Assembly: GCA_963991985.1 (NCBI GenBank)
Contig: CAXDRX010000001.1
Coordinates: forward strand, 116,546 to 180,545
DNA: 64,000 nt
Origin: an uncultured bacterium
Lineage (GTDB): Bacteria > Bacteroidota > Bacteroidia > NS11-12g > UBA9320
Direction of reading: 5' to 3'
The position numbers were made by a program, and so were the translations under genes. Below, piece by piece: positions 48,023 to 56,940 of the stretch; the stretch's first letter is position 1; each line of letters starts with the position of its first letter. The notes under the pieces are model-generated. The model saw nothing but the letters and a program-made list of their open reading frames with translations, did no database searches and was not told the DNA's origin.

Positions 48023-48654
48023 CCAAAAAAGAAAAAGCAACAAAAATCCTTGATATTCTTGAAAAATATCACCCAAACCCTCCTATTCCTCTCCAACATA
48101 CTGATTCCTACACTTTACTAATTGCTGTTCTTCTCTCGGCACAATGTACCGACGAAAGAGTCAATAAAATAACACCTATTCTTTTCTCAAAAGCAAATAA
48201 TCCTTTCGACATGGTTAAATTGAGCGTTGAGGAAATAAAAGAAATTATCCGACCATGTGGTCTATCACCTGCCAAATCAAAGGCAATTCACGGACTCAGC
48301 AAAATATTGATCAAGAAATATAAGGGAGAAGTACCAAATAAGATAGATCTATTGGAAGAATTACCGGGAGTCGGTCATAAGACTGCTTCCGTAGTGATGG
48401 TCCAATGTTTTAATACCCCTGCATTTCCCGTAGATACGCACATACATAGACTTGCCTATCGTTGGAAACTAAGTACAGGAAAGTCCATTGATCAAACAGA
48501 GAAAGATCTTAAGTCGTGCATCCCAAAAGAAAAATGGGCGCTGGCACACCTTCAAATTATATTTTTTGGTAGATCACATTGCCCAGCAAGAGGCCACAAC
48601 CCACTTGAATGCCCTATTTGTAAAGACTATGGAAGAAGAAGCTTATTTAAATAA
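48019..48654 (+). CDS. nth: Endonuclease III
   Basis: LLSAQCTDERVN, LPGVGHKTA (HhH, catalytic Lys), PVDTHI (catalytic Asp). Start 48019 by ATGA coupling. Confidence 0.93.
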   Translation: MTKKEKATKILDILEKYHPNPPIPLQHTDSYTLLIAVLLSAQCTDERVNKITPILFSKANNPFDMVKLSVEEIKEIIRPCGLSPAKSKAIHGLSKILIKKYKGEVPNKIDLLEELPGVGHKTASVVMVQCFNTPAFPVDTHIHRLAYRWKLSTGKSIDQTEKDLKSCIPKEKWALAHLQIIFFGRSHCPARGHNPLECPICKDYGRRSLFK

Positions 48655-49765
48655 ATCGACGATTGCGCCTAATCAAATAATAACTTAAAAATAAAACCAA
48701 GGGCATGACTTCCACCAAAACTGCTTGCCCATGTAGACCAGAGAGGTAAAACAAAACCTGTGAAAAATAAATCCACAGCAATATCTTCTTTATATTTTTA
48801 TTCTCTGATAAAAAAGGCATACACCCTAAAATAGGATTGGCCCAGAGGAGGTTAAAATTCATTTTGGTGGTTGGGTGAAGGGTAAATAAAACCAAAAAGA
48901 GCAGTAAAATACTTATCAAAATAGTAACTGTATAGGTCACTTTGTAAATAAAAAGTCCAACGCCTTTGTTTCGCAGAAAAAAAGCAATTGTAAAAAACAA
49001 ACCAATCGAAAACCATGGAAAATCCCAAAAATTTACCTCACTACGTTGATGTTTCGCTCGAAGGAGCTTCCCTGATGGGCTTGATATTTTTTTATTGTTT
49101 TTTTTCATCATCTTCAAAGCTTTAGACAAATAATTGGGCAAGAAAGATGCCGTTCGCAAATCCACTTTTTCATCCACCGGCCTCCCCAAAATCAAATCGA
49201 TCCCCAAACCCAACCAAGGCTTTTCAGAGAGATAAACGTGCAGTAAGTCCCGAAAAGTAGAATCTTTATAGAGCCCCGACGAATCAACTTTTACCTCAGA
49301 AATATCAAACAAAACATCGGCAATTCGGGTGGCACAATTGTTCGATTTAAAATCATATAAATAGTACCTATTCTCCGGTTTGTATTCTTGTTTCAACCGA
49401 TCATATATTTTTTGTTTATCCGAATTGGATAGAATTAATTTTTGGATATTAACAAATCGACCTTCATAGCCATAAAACCTTTGCAAATCCACCACATCGT
49501 CTATTGACAATTTATATTTCAAATTGCCCAAAACAAACTTTAGGTAAAAATTATCCTCGTCGAAATCAAACGTTCCATAATTATATACCTCATCAATTTT
49601 GTTGGTTTTGTCTAAAACCCATAATGCACTATGTCCAAAACAAGAATATAATGCCTGTCCAGGACCGATTGTTAGCAAAAAAATGTCTGCTTCTTGACTT
49701 AATCCTTGGGATGAAGAAGTTTCAGTGAAACTAAAAAACAAAATTAAACACACTATTTTTTTCAT
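48647..49765 (-). CDS. DUF4105 membrane protein, Lnb-like lipoprotein N-acyltransferase candidate
   Basis: FGHSAL, YNYGTFDF, YDFKSNNCATRI; C-terminal TM bundle. Confidence 0.75.
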   Translation of the reverse strand: MKKIVCLILFFSFTETSSSQGLSQEADIFLLTIGPGQALYSCFGHSALWVLDKTNKIDEVYNYGTFDFDEDNFYLKFVLGNLKYKLSIDDVVDLQRFYGYEGRFVNIQKLILSNSDKQKIYDRLKQEYKPENRYYLYDFKSNNCATRIADVLFDISEVKVDSSGLYKDSTFRDLLHVYLSEKPWLGLGIDLILGRPVDEKVDLRTASFLPNYLSKALKMMKKNNKKISSPSGKLLRAKHQRSEVNFWDFPWFSIGLFFTIAFFLRNKGVGLFIYKVTYTVTILISILLLFLVLFTLHPTTKMNFNLLWANPILGCMPFLSENKNIKKILLWIYFSQVLFYLSGLHGQAVLVEVMPLVLFLSYYLIRRNRRFI

Positions 49766-49793
49766 CTTACCTTCATTTTGTCTACAGGCTGAA

Positions 49794-49820
49794 CAAAACT
49801 ATCACATTCCTTTACATTTG
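49794..49820. promoter_or_regulatory. Back-to-back divergent -7 elements: TAGTTTTG (minus, 49794-49801) and TACATTTG (plus, 49813-49820)
   Basis: Two exact matches in the 59-nt spacer between the DUF4105 gene and rnr. Confidence 0.62.
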
Positions 49821-49824
49821 TTGA

Positions 49825-51951
49825 GTGGCGAAAAAGAAAAAGAAGAAAATTCAGAACATCCCTGTTTTGTATCAAAAAATACTCGCCCATTTTCAGAGTC
49901 ATCCTTCTCAAGTATATAACTACAAACAAATCGCTGCCCAGCTAAAAATTAGCTCTGAGAAGGAACGAAATGAGGTAAATGAAATATTAAAGCGTCTATG
50001 TTCCGCTGAAAAAATTGAAGAATTACGCAGAGGAAAATATAGATATATTTCTGATTTCACCATATGCACAGGGCAAATAGAAATTACATCTCGAGGCACA
50101 GGCTATGTAATTGTCGAAGAAATGGAAGAAGACGTTCAAATAAATTCATCTCTTACCGGCAAAGCTTTGCATGGCGATTTGGTTCGGGTAGAATTGCTTC
50201 ACCAAAATGCCAAACATCAAGCGCAGGGCAGAATTTTGGAAGTTATCGATAGAAAAACAAAAACATTTGTCGGAACTCTTCAAAAAACAAAAGACCACGC
50301 CTTTGTTGTGCCAGACAACAACAAAATTCATGTGGATTTTTTCATTTCAAAGAACAAACTAAATGGTGGTAAAAACAAACAAAAAGTAGTTGTTGAACTA
50401 ACCGATTGGCCTGACAATGCAAAAAATCCTTTTGCAAGGGTTTTAGAAATATTAGGCAATGCTGGAGACAACGATGTGGAGATGCACAGCATAGTACACG
50501 AATTTGGATTTGAGGTAAACTTTCCCGAAGAAGTCATAATCGAAAGTCTTAAACTTCCAGAAAAAATTGATGAATTAGAAATTCAAAGAAGAAGAGATTT
50601 TAGGGAAACCCTTACTTTCACCATAGACCCAGCAAATGCAAAAGATTTTGACGATGCAATTTCCTTCAAAAAAATAAATGCAGACCATTTTGAAGTTGGC
50701 GTTCACATTGCCGATGTATCTCATTATGTAAAAGCCGGAAGCGCGCTAGACGAAGAAGCTTCACAAAGAGGAACTTCTATATATTTGGTAGACCGCACCA
50801 TTCCCATGCTCCCAGAACGTATTTCGAATGAACTCTGTTCACTGCGTCCACAAGAAGAAAAATTAACTTTTTCTGCTGTTTTTAAAATGAATACAAATGC
50901 ACAGGTGCTAGATTTTTGGTTCGGAAAAGGGATCATCTACAGTCAGAAAAGATTCACCTACCTAGAAGCGCAAAAAAGTATTGATTCAAATGCGGGAGCT
51001 TTCAATGAAGAACTTTCCATTTTGAATAAATTGGCCAAAATCCTAAAAAGCAACCGAATGAAAAATGGAGCCATTTCATTTGAAACAGAAGAGGTAGAAT
51101 TTAAACTAGACCAAGATGGCAGACCCATAGCCGTTCAAAAAAAGATTCGTAAAGATGCCCATAAACTAATAGAAGAGTTCATGCTTCTTGCCAATCGCAG
51201 TATTGCAAATCACGTTAAAACCAAACTAAAAGAGGAACAACCCATTGCCTATCGGGTACACGAACCACCCGTATTTGAAAAATTACAACCACTGGCCCAG
51301 ATGGCAAAAAAACTTGGTTATCCCATCCACTTAGACAACCCTGACGGGCTATCATTCTCCCTGAATAAAATGTTGGAGAAGGTAGAAAACAAGCCAGAAG
51401 CAAGTGTGCTCCAACCGATGGCAATTAGAAGTATGGAGAAAGCTTATTATACCTCAAAAAAGTGTCATCATTTTGGATTGGCCTTCGAGCACTACTGTCA
51501 TTTTACTTCCCCAATCCGAAGATATCCCGATTTGATTACACATAGGCTTTTGTTTGAATACATCAATGGTGTACCAAAAATTGATATCGAAAAGCTAGAA
51601 AATGTTTGTTTTGAATCATCAAAAAATGAAATTAGAGCAAATGATGCGCAGCGAGCCTCCATAAAATATAAACAAACTGAATTTCTAAATAGCAGAATTG
51701 GAGAAGTGTTTGAGGGAACAATTTCCGGGGTTACTGAATGGGGAATTTATGTTGAGATAAAAGAAAATAAATGCGAAGGAATGATCCGGCTAAAGGATAT
51801 CAAAGGAGATTTTTTTGAATATTTTGAAAAAAAATTTTATGTAGAAGGAAGACGCTCAAAACAACGCTACACTTTGGGAGAATCTGTTTGGGTTCGAGTA
51901 AAAAAAACAAATCTTCTCAAAAGAACCATTGATTTTGAATTTATTGATTAA
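49825..51951 (+). CDS. rnr: Ribonuclease R (GTG start)
   Basis: ALHGD, TIDP..AKDFDDA, IEEFML.AN, HFTSPIRRYPDL, C-terminal S1 domain. Confidence 0.96.
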   Translation: MAKKKKKKIQNIPVLYQKILAHFQSHPSQVYNYKQIAAQLKISSEKERNEVNEILKRLCSAEKIEELRRGKYRYISDFTICTGQIEITSRGTGYVIVEEMEEDVQINSSLTGKALHGDLVRVELLHQNAKHQAQGRILEVIDRKTKTFVGTLQKTKDHAFVVPDNNKIHVDFFISKNKLNGGKNKQKVVVELTDWPDNAKNPFARVLEILGNAGDNDVEMHSIVHEFGFEVNFPEEVIIESLKLPEKIDELEIQRRRDFRETLTFTIDPANAKDFDDAISFKKINADHFEVGVHIADVSHYVKAGSALDEEASQRGTSIYLVDRTIPMLPERISNELCSLRPQEEKLTFSAVFKMNTNAQVLDFWFGKGIIYSQKRFTYLEAQKSIDSNAGAFNEELSILNKLAKILKSNRMKNGAISFETEEVEFKLDQDGRPIAVQKKIRKDAHKLIEEFMLLANRSIANHVKTKLKEEQPIAYRVHEPPVFEKLQPLAQMAKKLGYPIHLDNPDGLSFSLNKMLEKVENKPEASVLQPMAIRSMEKAYYTSKKCHHFGLAFEHYCHFTSPIRRYPDLITHRLLFEYINGVPKIDIEKLENVCFESSKNEIRANDAQRASIKYKQTEFLNSRIGEVFEGTISGVTEWGIYVEIKENKCEGMIRLKDIKGDFFEYFEKKFYVEGRRSKQRYTLGESVWVRVKKTNLLKRTIDFEFID

Positions 51952-52898
51952 TGAAATTACAGGAATATATAGATTTGGCATCCAGAATTCTCAATGAAAG
52001 CGATTTCGATGGAAAACCACAAAACCTTTACAATCCCCTCAATTACATCACCAAATTGGGAGGGAAAAGAATACGCCCCGCACTGTCATTATTGGGCTAT
52101 CACATCGTAAAGGCAAATTGGCAAGAAGCGGTGCCATTGGCCAAAGCAGTGGAATATTTTCATAACTTCAGCCTTATGCACGATGATATTATGGACAAAA
52201 GTCCCTTACGAAGAGGAAAAGAAGCGGTGCATGTAAAATGGAATGAGCCCACTGCCATTTTATCGGGAGATCTCATGCTCATCAAATGTTATGAAGAATT
52301 GGCCAAACTAAAAAACTGGCAAATTTTCAATACCTTTTGTCAAATGGCCGAAGAAGTTTGCCAAGGGCAACAATTGGATATGGATTTTGAATCCGCCAAA
52401 AACATAACCATAAAAGAATATGTAGAAATGGTAAGACTTAAAACTTCCGTTTTGATTGGAAAGGCTTTAAGCATGGGAGCACGATTGGCGGGAGCATCAA
52501 AAATTGCAATTGTTTGCTTAGAAAAATTTGGCACCCACCTAGGAATTGGATTTCAAATAATGGATGACTATTTAGACACATTTGGTCAGAGTTCTAAAAC
52601 AGGCAAACGAGTAGGACAAGATATTTTGGATCAAAAACGTTCGCTACCCTACCTACTCGCAGAAAATACATTGGATGAAAATGGAGTTAATGACTTTAAA
52701 AATCTGTTCTCTACTTTCGAAGAAGAAATTTTGGTAGACAAAGTAAGAAAGTTTCTTATCCAAAGAAATATTGATCAAAAAACCATAAAAATGGCTCAAG
52801 AATATTTCGATTTAGCGCAAAAAGAACTCGACAGTTTGGAGTACTCTACCGGGGCTCTTCGAGAATTGTTGTCCTTTTTAAAAGACCGTGACTTTTAA
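51951..52898 (+). CDS. Polyprenyl diphosphate synthase (IspA/GGPPS family)
   Basis: GGKRIRP, HDDIMD, GQQLD, FQIMDDYLD. Confidence 0.92.
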   Translation: MKLQEYIDLASRILNESDFDGKPQNLYNPLNYITKLGGKRIRPALSLLGYHIVKANWQEAVPLAKAVEYFHNFSLMHDDIMDKSPLRRGKEAVHVKWNEPTAILSGDLMLIKCYEELAKLKNWQIFNTFCQMAEEVCQGQQLDMDFESAKNITIKEYVEMVRLKTSVLIGKALSMGARLAGASKIAIVCLEKFGTHLGIGFQIMDDYLDTFGQSSKTGKRVGQDILDQKRSLPYLLAENTLDENGVNDFKNLFSTFEEEILVDKVRKFLIQRNIDQKTIKMAQEYFDLAQKELDSLEYSTGALRELLSFLKDRDF

Positions 52899-52904
52899 CA
52901 AATG

Positions 52905-53420
52905 CTACAAAAAGCCAACCAGGGCGAACAATAAATAAATTAACAATACAAAAAGAGCTAAACTTAGCAACCACAAAAGAAGGCCATCAAGAAAAGAAAA
53001 TAGCAAAGCCAACAAAATCACAATCAAAACAATGTATAACAAATCACTTTGTGATGAAGAAACCTGCTTGTTGTCTTGTTTAACCATCCTTTTCATATTT
53101 TTCATATCCTTTCGAGAATATGACGTGTTTTTTTGGCGTTCTGTGGTGTTTTCTTGTTTTGGAGCCTCAAAATCCAGCGTTTTTTCATCTATGTTAAAAT
53201 CATTTAAATAATTTTTTTTCACGACCATAGGACTTGGACTTGATTGTGAAGCATACAAGGAAATTGCTTCTCTACGTTTAATAGGCTCTATCGTATCGGT
53301 GTATCCTCTAGAAATATGATTTTTTTTTGATTTTACTCTTTTAAAGTAAGCATACTGCTTGGGAGAGCAACCCGATAACAGCAACCCAAAAGCGAGAAGA
53401 GGAAAAAATATTTTATTCAT
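52905..53420 (-). CDS. Hypothetical lipoprotein-like protein with C-terminal TM hairpin
   Basis: MNKIFF...LLLSGC lipobox, charged middle region, hydrophobic C-terminus of about 40 aa. Confidence 0.65.
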   Translation of the reverse strand: MNKIFFPLLAFGLLLSGCSPKQYAYFKRVKSKKNHISRGYTDTIEPIKRREAISLYASQSSPSPMVVKKNYLNDFNIDEKTLDFEAPKQENTTERQKNTSYSRKDMKNMKRMVKQDNKQVSSSQSDLLYIVLIVILLALLFSFLDGLLLWLLSLALFVLLIYLLFALVGFL

Positions 53421-53424
53421 ACAC

Positions 53425-53432
53425 CAAATTTA
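53425..53432 (-). promoter_or_regulatory. -7 promoter element TAAATTTG
   Basis: Exact TAnnTTTG 4 nt upstream of ATG 53420. Confidence 0.62.
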
Positions 53433-53470
53433 ACTTTATACTTTCAAAAATCTTGATTTATTTGCCTTCT

Positions 53471-54328
53471 ATGTTCTTGGATCCGTCTAAAAATTGTTCC
53501 TTCGAAGAAGCAGATGCTGTTATTCACCAAATCCCATATGAATATAGCTCAAGCTACCTTAAAGGTTCATATAGAGGCCCCTCCGAAATAATCAAATCAA
53601 GTCATTATGTAGAGTTGTTTGACGATGAATTGAAAAGAGAAACAATAACACATACAAAAATTCATACATGTCCTCCTCTCGACATTAATGGGAAGTTCAA
53701 TCAGGAAGCCATGAAGTCCATTCAAGACTACGTCAAAGAAAAGAATTCAAAGAAAGGAGTATTCCATATATACCTTGGCGGGGAGCACAGTGTTTCGTAC
53801 CCGATAATAAAACATTATGCGCTAAATAATAAAGATTTTGGCATTTTTCAAATCGATGCACATGCAGATTTAAGAGAAAGCTATCAGGGCAATAAATATT
53901 CTCATGCTTCGGTAATGGCAAGAATATCCGAGCTTAATTTACCAATAACACAGGTAGGAATAAGGGCCTTGTCTGAAGAGGAGCATTTTAAAATATCCAA
54001 AACAAAAAATATCCTTTCATTTTTTGACTCTAAAACACAGTATAATTTAGATACTTGGCAAAAAATCGGACATAGCTTGCCAAAAAATATTTACATCACT
54101 TTGGATACGGATGGACTAGACCCTTCGGTATTTCCTGCAGTGGGAACTCCAGAACCAGGCGGACTGAAATGGAACGAAATTCTTTCTCTTTTAAGATTCC
54201 TATTTAAAGAAAAAAATGTATTGGCCATGGATGTCGTGGAATGTTGTCCACTTGAAAATGATATTCGAACACAATACAATCTCGCCAAACTTATCTATCG
54301 AGTTATCGGATACAAATTTGGGGCTTAA
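53471..54328 (+). CDS. speB: Agmatinase (ureohydrolase family)
   Basis: LGGEHS, DAHADLR, YSHAS, LDTDGLDP..FP.VGTPEPGG. Start is probably ATG 53471 (ORF track: TTG 53453). Confidence 0.85.
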   Translation: MFLDPSKNCSFEEADAVIHQIPYEYSSSYLKGSYRGPSEIIKSSHYVELFDDELKRETITHTKIHTCPPLDINGKFNQEAMKSIQDYVKEKNSKKGVFHIYLGGEHSVSYPIIKHYALNNKDFGIFQIDAHADLRESYQGNKYSHASVMARISELNLPITQVGIRALSEEEHFKISKTKNILSFFDSKTQYNLDTWQKIGHSLPKNIYITLDTDGLDPSVFPAVGTPEPGGLKWNEILSLLRFLFKEKNVLAMDVVECCPLENDIRTQYNLAKLIYRVIGYKFGA

Positions 54329-54352
54329 GGGAAAGCATCTTTACTTTGCAAA

Positions 54353-55513
54353 ATGAGGGAGATTTATTTAGACAATGCAGCTACTACGCCGATGTATCCT
54401 GAGGCGATTGAAGCAATGCACGAAGTACTTAAGAATGTATATGGCAATCCCTCCTCGACTCATTCCTTTGGGCGAAAAGCAAAATCCTTGTTGGAAAATT
54501 CTAGAAAGGAACTCGCCGAACTTTTGAATTGTAAGAGCCACGAAATATGTTTTACCTCAGGGGGTACCGAAGCGGACAATACGGCAATCAGAAGCGCCGT
54601 AAACCATATGGGGGTAAAAAATATAATCACCTCGAAATTGGAGCACAAGGCCGTTTTAGACACCTCCATTTTGATGGAGAAAATGAATTTAGCAAAAATT
54701 CATTGGGTTGAAAATGATGAACAAGGCCACATAAATTACGACCACCTCAAACACTTGGCCAACAACAATCGCAATTGTTTGATTACAATCATGCATGCCA
54801 ACAACGAAATTGGAACCCTAAATAATTTGGAATTTATTCAAGAAATTGGGAAGCAAAATAATGCAATTGTTCATTCAGACACAGTCCAAACCATTGGTCA
54901 TTTCCCAATTGATCTGAGTTCTATTTCATTGGATTTTATTGCTGCTGCAGCACATAAATTTCATGGTCCTAAAGGAGTTGGATTTTTGTATTGCAACAAA
55001 AGAAATAATTTGAAAGGGCTCATCACTGGTGGTGGACAAGAAAGTAATAGAAGAGCTGGAACTGAAAATGTAGCCGGTATTGTGGGCATGGTTACTGCTC
55101 TAAAGAAGAGTATCGAAACCATGCAAGTAAATGCGAAAAAAATGCGTGAAATGAAAAACTATTTGATCGAAAAATTAAGATCCGAAATACCCCAATTGGG
55201 ATTTTTTGGAGACATCAGTGAAAATAGTTTGTACACAGTCCTAAGTATTGCATTGCCGCAAAGATTTAACGCTTCAATTTTGCCATTTCAGCTAGATATG
55301 AAAGGAATATGTATTTCAGCGGGCTCGGCTTGTAATTCTGGAGCTGTAAAAGGAAGCCACGTAATAGAAGCATTAAAATCTAATACAAACCAACATCCGC
55401 TGAGAGTGAGCATCAGCGAATTCAATAGCTACGAAGATCTAGACTACTTTGTTGCTTCATTAAAAACACTTGATGTAAGTCAAGAAAAATCTGTCGCCGA
55501 AGCAAATAATTAG
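54353..55513 (+). CDS. iscS: Cysteine desulfurase (IscS/NifS group I)
   Basis: YLDNAATT, FTSGGTE, HKFHGPKG (PLP Lys), SAGSAC (catalytic Cys). Confidence 0.9.
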   Translation: MREIYLDNAATTPMYPEAIEAMHEVLKNVYGNPSSTHSFGRKAKSLLENSRKELAELLNCKSHEICFTSGGTEADNTAIRSAVNHMGVKNIITSKLEHKAVLDTSILMEKMNLAKIHWVENDEQGHINYDHLKHLANNNRNCLITIMHANNEIGTLNNLEFIQEIGKQNNAIVHSDTVQTIGHFPIDLSSISLDFIAAAAHKFHGPKGVGFLYCNKRNNLKGLITGGGQESNRRAGTENVAGIVGMVTALKKSIETMQVNAKKMREMKNYLIEKLRSEIPQLGFFGDISENSLYTVLSIALPQRFNASILPFQLDMKGICISAGSACNSGAVKGSHVIEALKSNTNQHPLRVSISEFNSYEDLDYFVASLKTLDVSQEKSVAEANN

Positions 55514-55562
55514 GCCAAAATAATTCTTATTTAAGTTAAACCAAAAAACCCAAAAGGTATTT

Positions 55563-56936
55563 TTACGGACCCACTTCGTGGTTGGCACTTTCCAAAACAA
55601 AAGGGTGATTTTTTGGATAAAGGTCTGCCTTAGACAAAGAATTTCTTACGATATAAGAGAAAAGACCAAAGAAAAATATGCCAAAACCTATTTCAATAAG
55701 TCCAATATTTGCTTTTTCCCCTACTACGCCTGGCATAACCATCAAATATATGTCCAGCCAGTGTCCGACCAAGATAAGTCCTCCACCAATCAGTGTGATG
55801 TATTTATTTCTTTTGGCATAACGAGCGATTAGAATCAAAAATGGCAAAAAGAAGTTCATTACAATATTGGCAACAAAAAATGGATAATATTTGCTCACCC
55901 ATCTTTCGTAGAAGTAAATACTTTCTTCAGGTAAATTTGCGTACCAAATCAGTAAAAATTGCGCCAACCATATGTAAGCCCAAAAAATAGAGAATCCGAA
56001 CATAAATTTAACCAAATCATCCAAAATTTCTTCATCAACCAAATTTAGATAACCTTGCCCTTTTAAAAACAAAACCAAAAAAGTAATCACCGTAACAGAA
56101 CTTACAAACATGATTGCAAAATTGTATACAGAAAATATTGTACTAAACCAGTGAGGATCAATACTCATCATTATGAGCCATGTAAATACAGAAAAAGTAA
56201 AAGCAAATATGACAATGAATGCTGCCGAGAAGCGGATAGATTTCTGAAAAAAAGAAATTCCACCTTCTACATCTTCTTTGAGCGATAATTTCCTGAGTGT
56301 GGTTCTTAAAGCAAACCAAATGGCAACAAAAATAATGGGTGCTATATACAACCAATTTTTATTTAAAAACCATGTTTTTCCATCCAGAAGTTTGTCTGCG
56401 GGCAACTCATTTTTGTGGTTATTGTAATAAAGCCATTCATAAAGGTGCTCACCTCCAAAATAGACTGCAATCATGAGCAAAACAAAACCGATAGGAATAA
56501 ATGCACTCATAGATTCAGCCACTCTTTTAATAAGCGTTGCCCACCCTGCATTTGCAACATAGTTGACCGCGACAAAAAACAAACCTCCTACAGCAAAAAG
56601 GAAAAAATAATACGCATTTACTAAGAAAGAGGCCCAAACACGACTAAGCCAACCTGTGGTATGATGCCCTTCGAGATGACTTTCTGAGTGGGTATGATGT
56701 TCTTCAAGGTCTTTGGAATGAGCATTCGAATGCGATAGGGATCCATCATGATGTTCAACGTGACTTCCTTGAATTTCTTCAACATTATGTTGTGAATGCC
56801 AAGATTTTTTTAATGTTGAAGCACCAATTCCTGCCAACAGTAAACCCAACAACATAATCAAGCCAGTTACAACACGACCTCTTTTTGAAAAAACATATTT
56901 TTCATTCGGTAATTCGGTAATATAGTGATGTCCCAT
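55563..56936 (-). CDS. actF: Alternative complex III subunit ActF
   Basis: NrfD-like polytopic protein, AGWA..IKRVAE, PHWFST, IWYAN.PEE; His-rich loop; last gene of the act cluster. Confidence 0.9.
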   Translation of the reverse strand: MGHHYITELPNEKYVFSKRGRVVTGLIMLLGLLLAGIGASTLKKSWHSQHNVEEIQGSHVEHHDGSLSHSNAHSKDLEEHHTHSESHLEGHHTTGWLSRVWASFLVNAYYFFLFAVGGLFFVAVNYVANAGWATLIKRVAESMSAFIPIGFVLLMIAVYFGGEHLYEWLYYNNHKNELPADKLLDGKTWFLNKNWLYIAPIIFVAIWFALRTTLRKLSLKEDVEGGISFFQKSIRFSAAFIVIFAFTFSVFTWLIMMSIDPHWFSTIFSVYNFAIMFVSSVTVITFLVLFLKGQGYLNLVDEEILDDLVKFMFGFSIFWAYIWLAQFLLIWYANLPEESIYFYERWVSKYYPFFVANIVMNFFLPFLILIARYAKRNKYITLIGGGLILVGHWLDIYLMVMPGVVGEKANIGLIEIGFGIFFFGLFSYIVRNSLSKADLYPKNHPFVLESANHEVGP

Positions 56937-56940
56937 ATTT

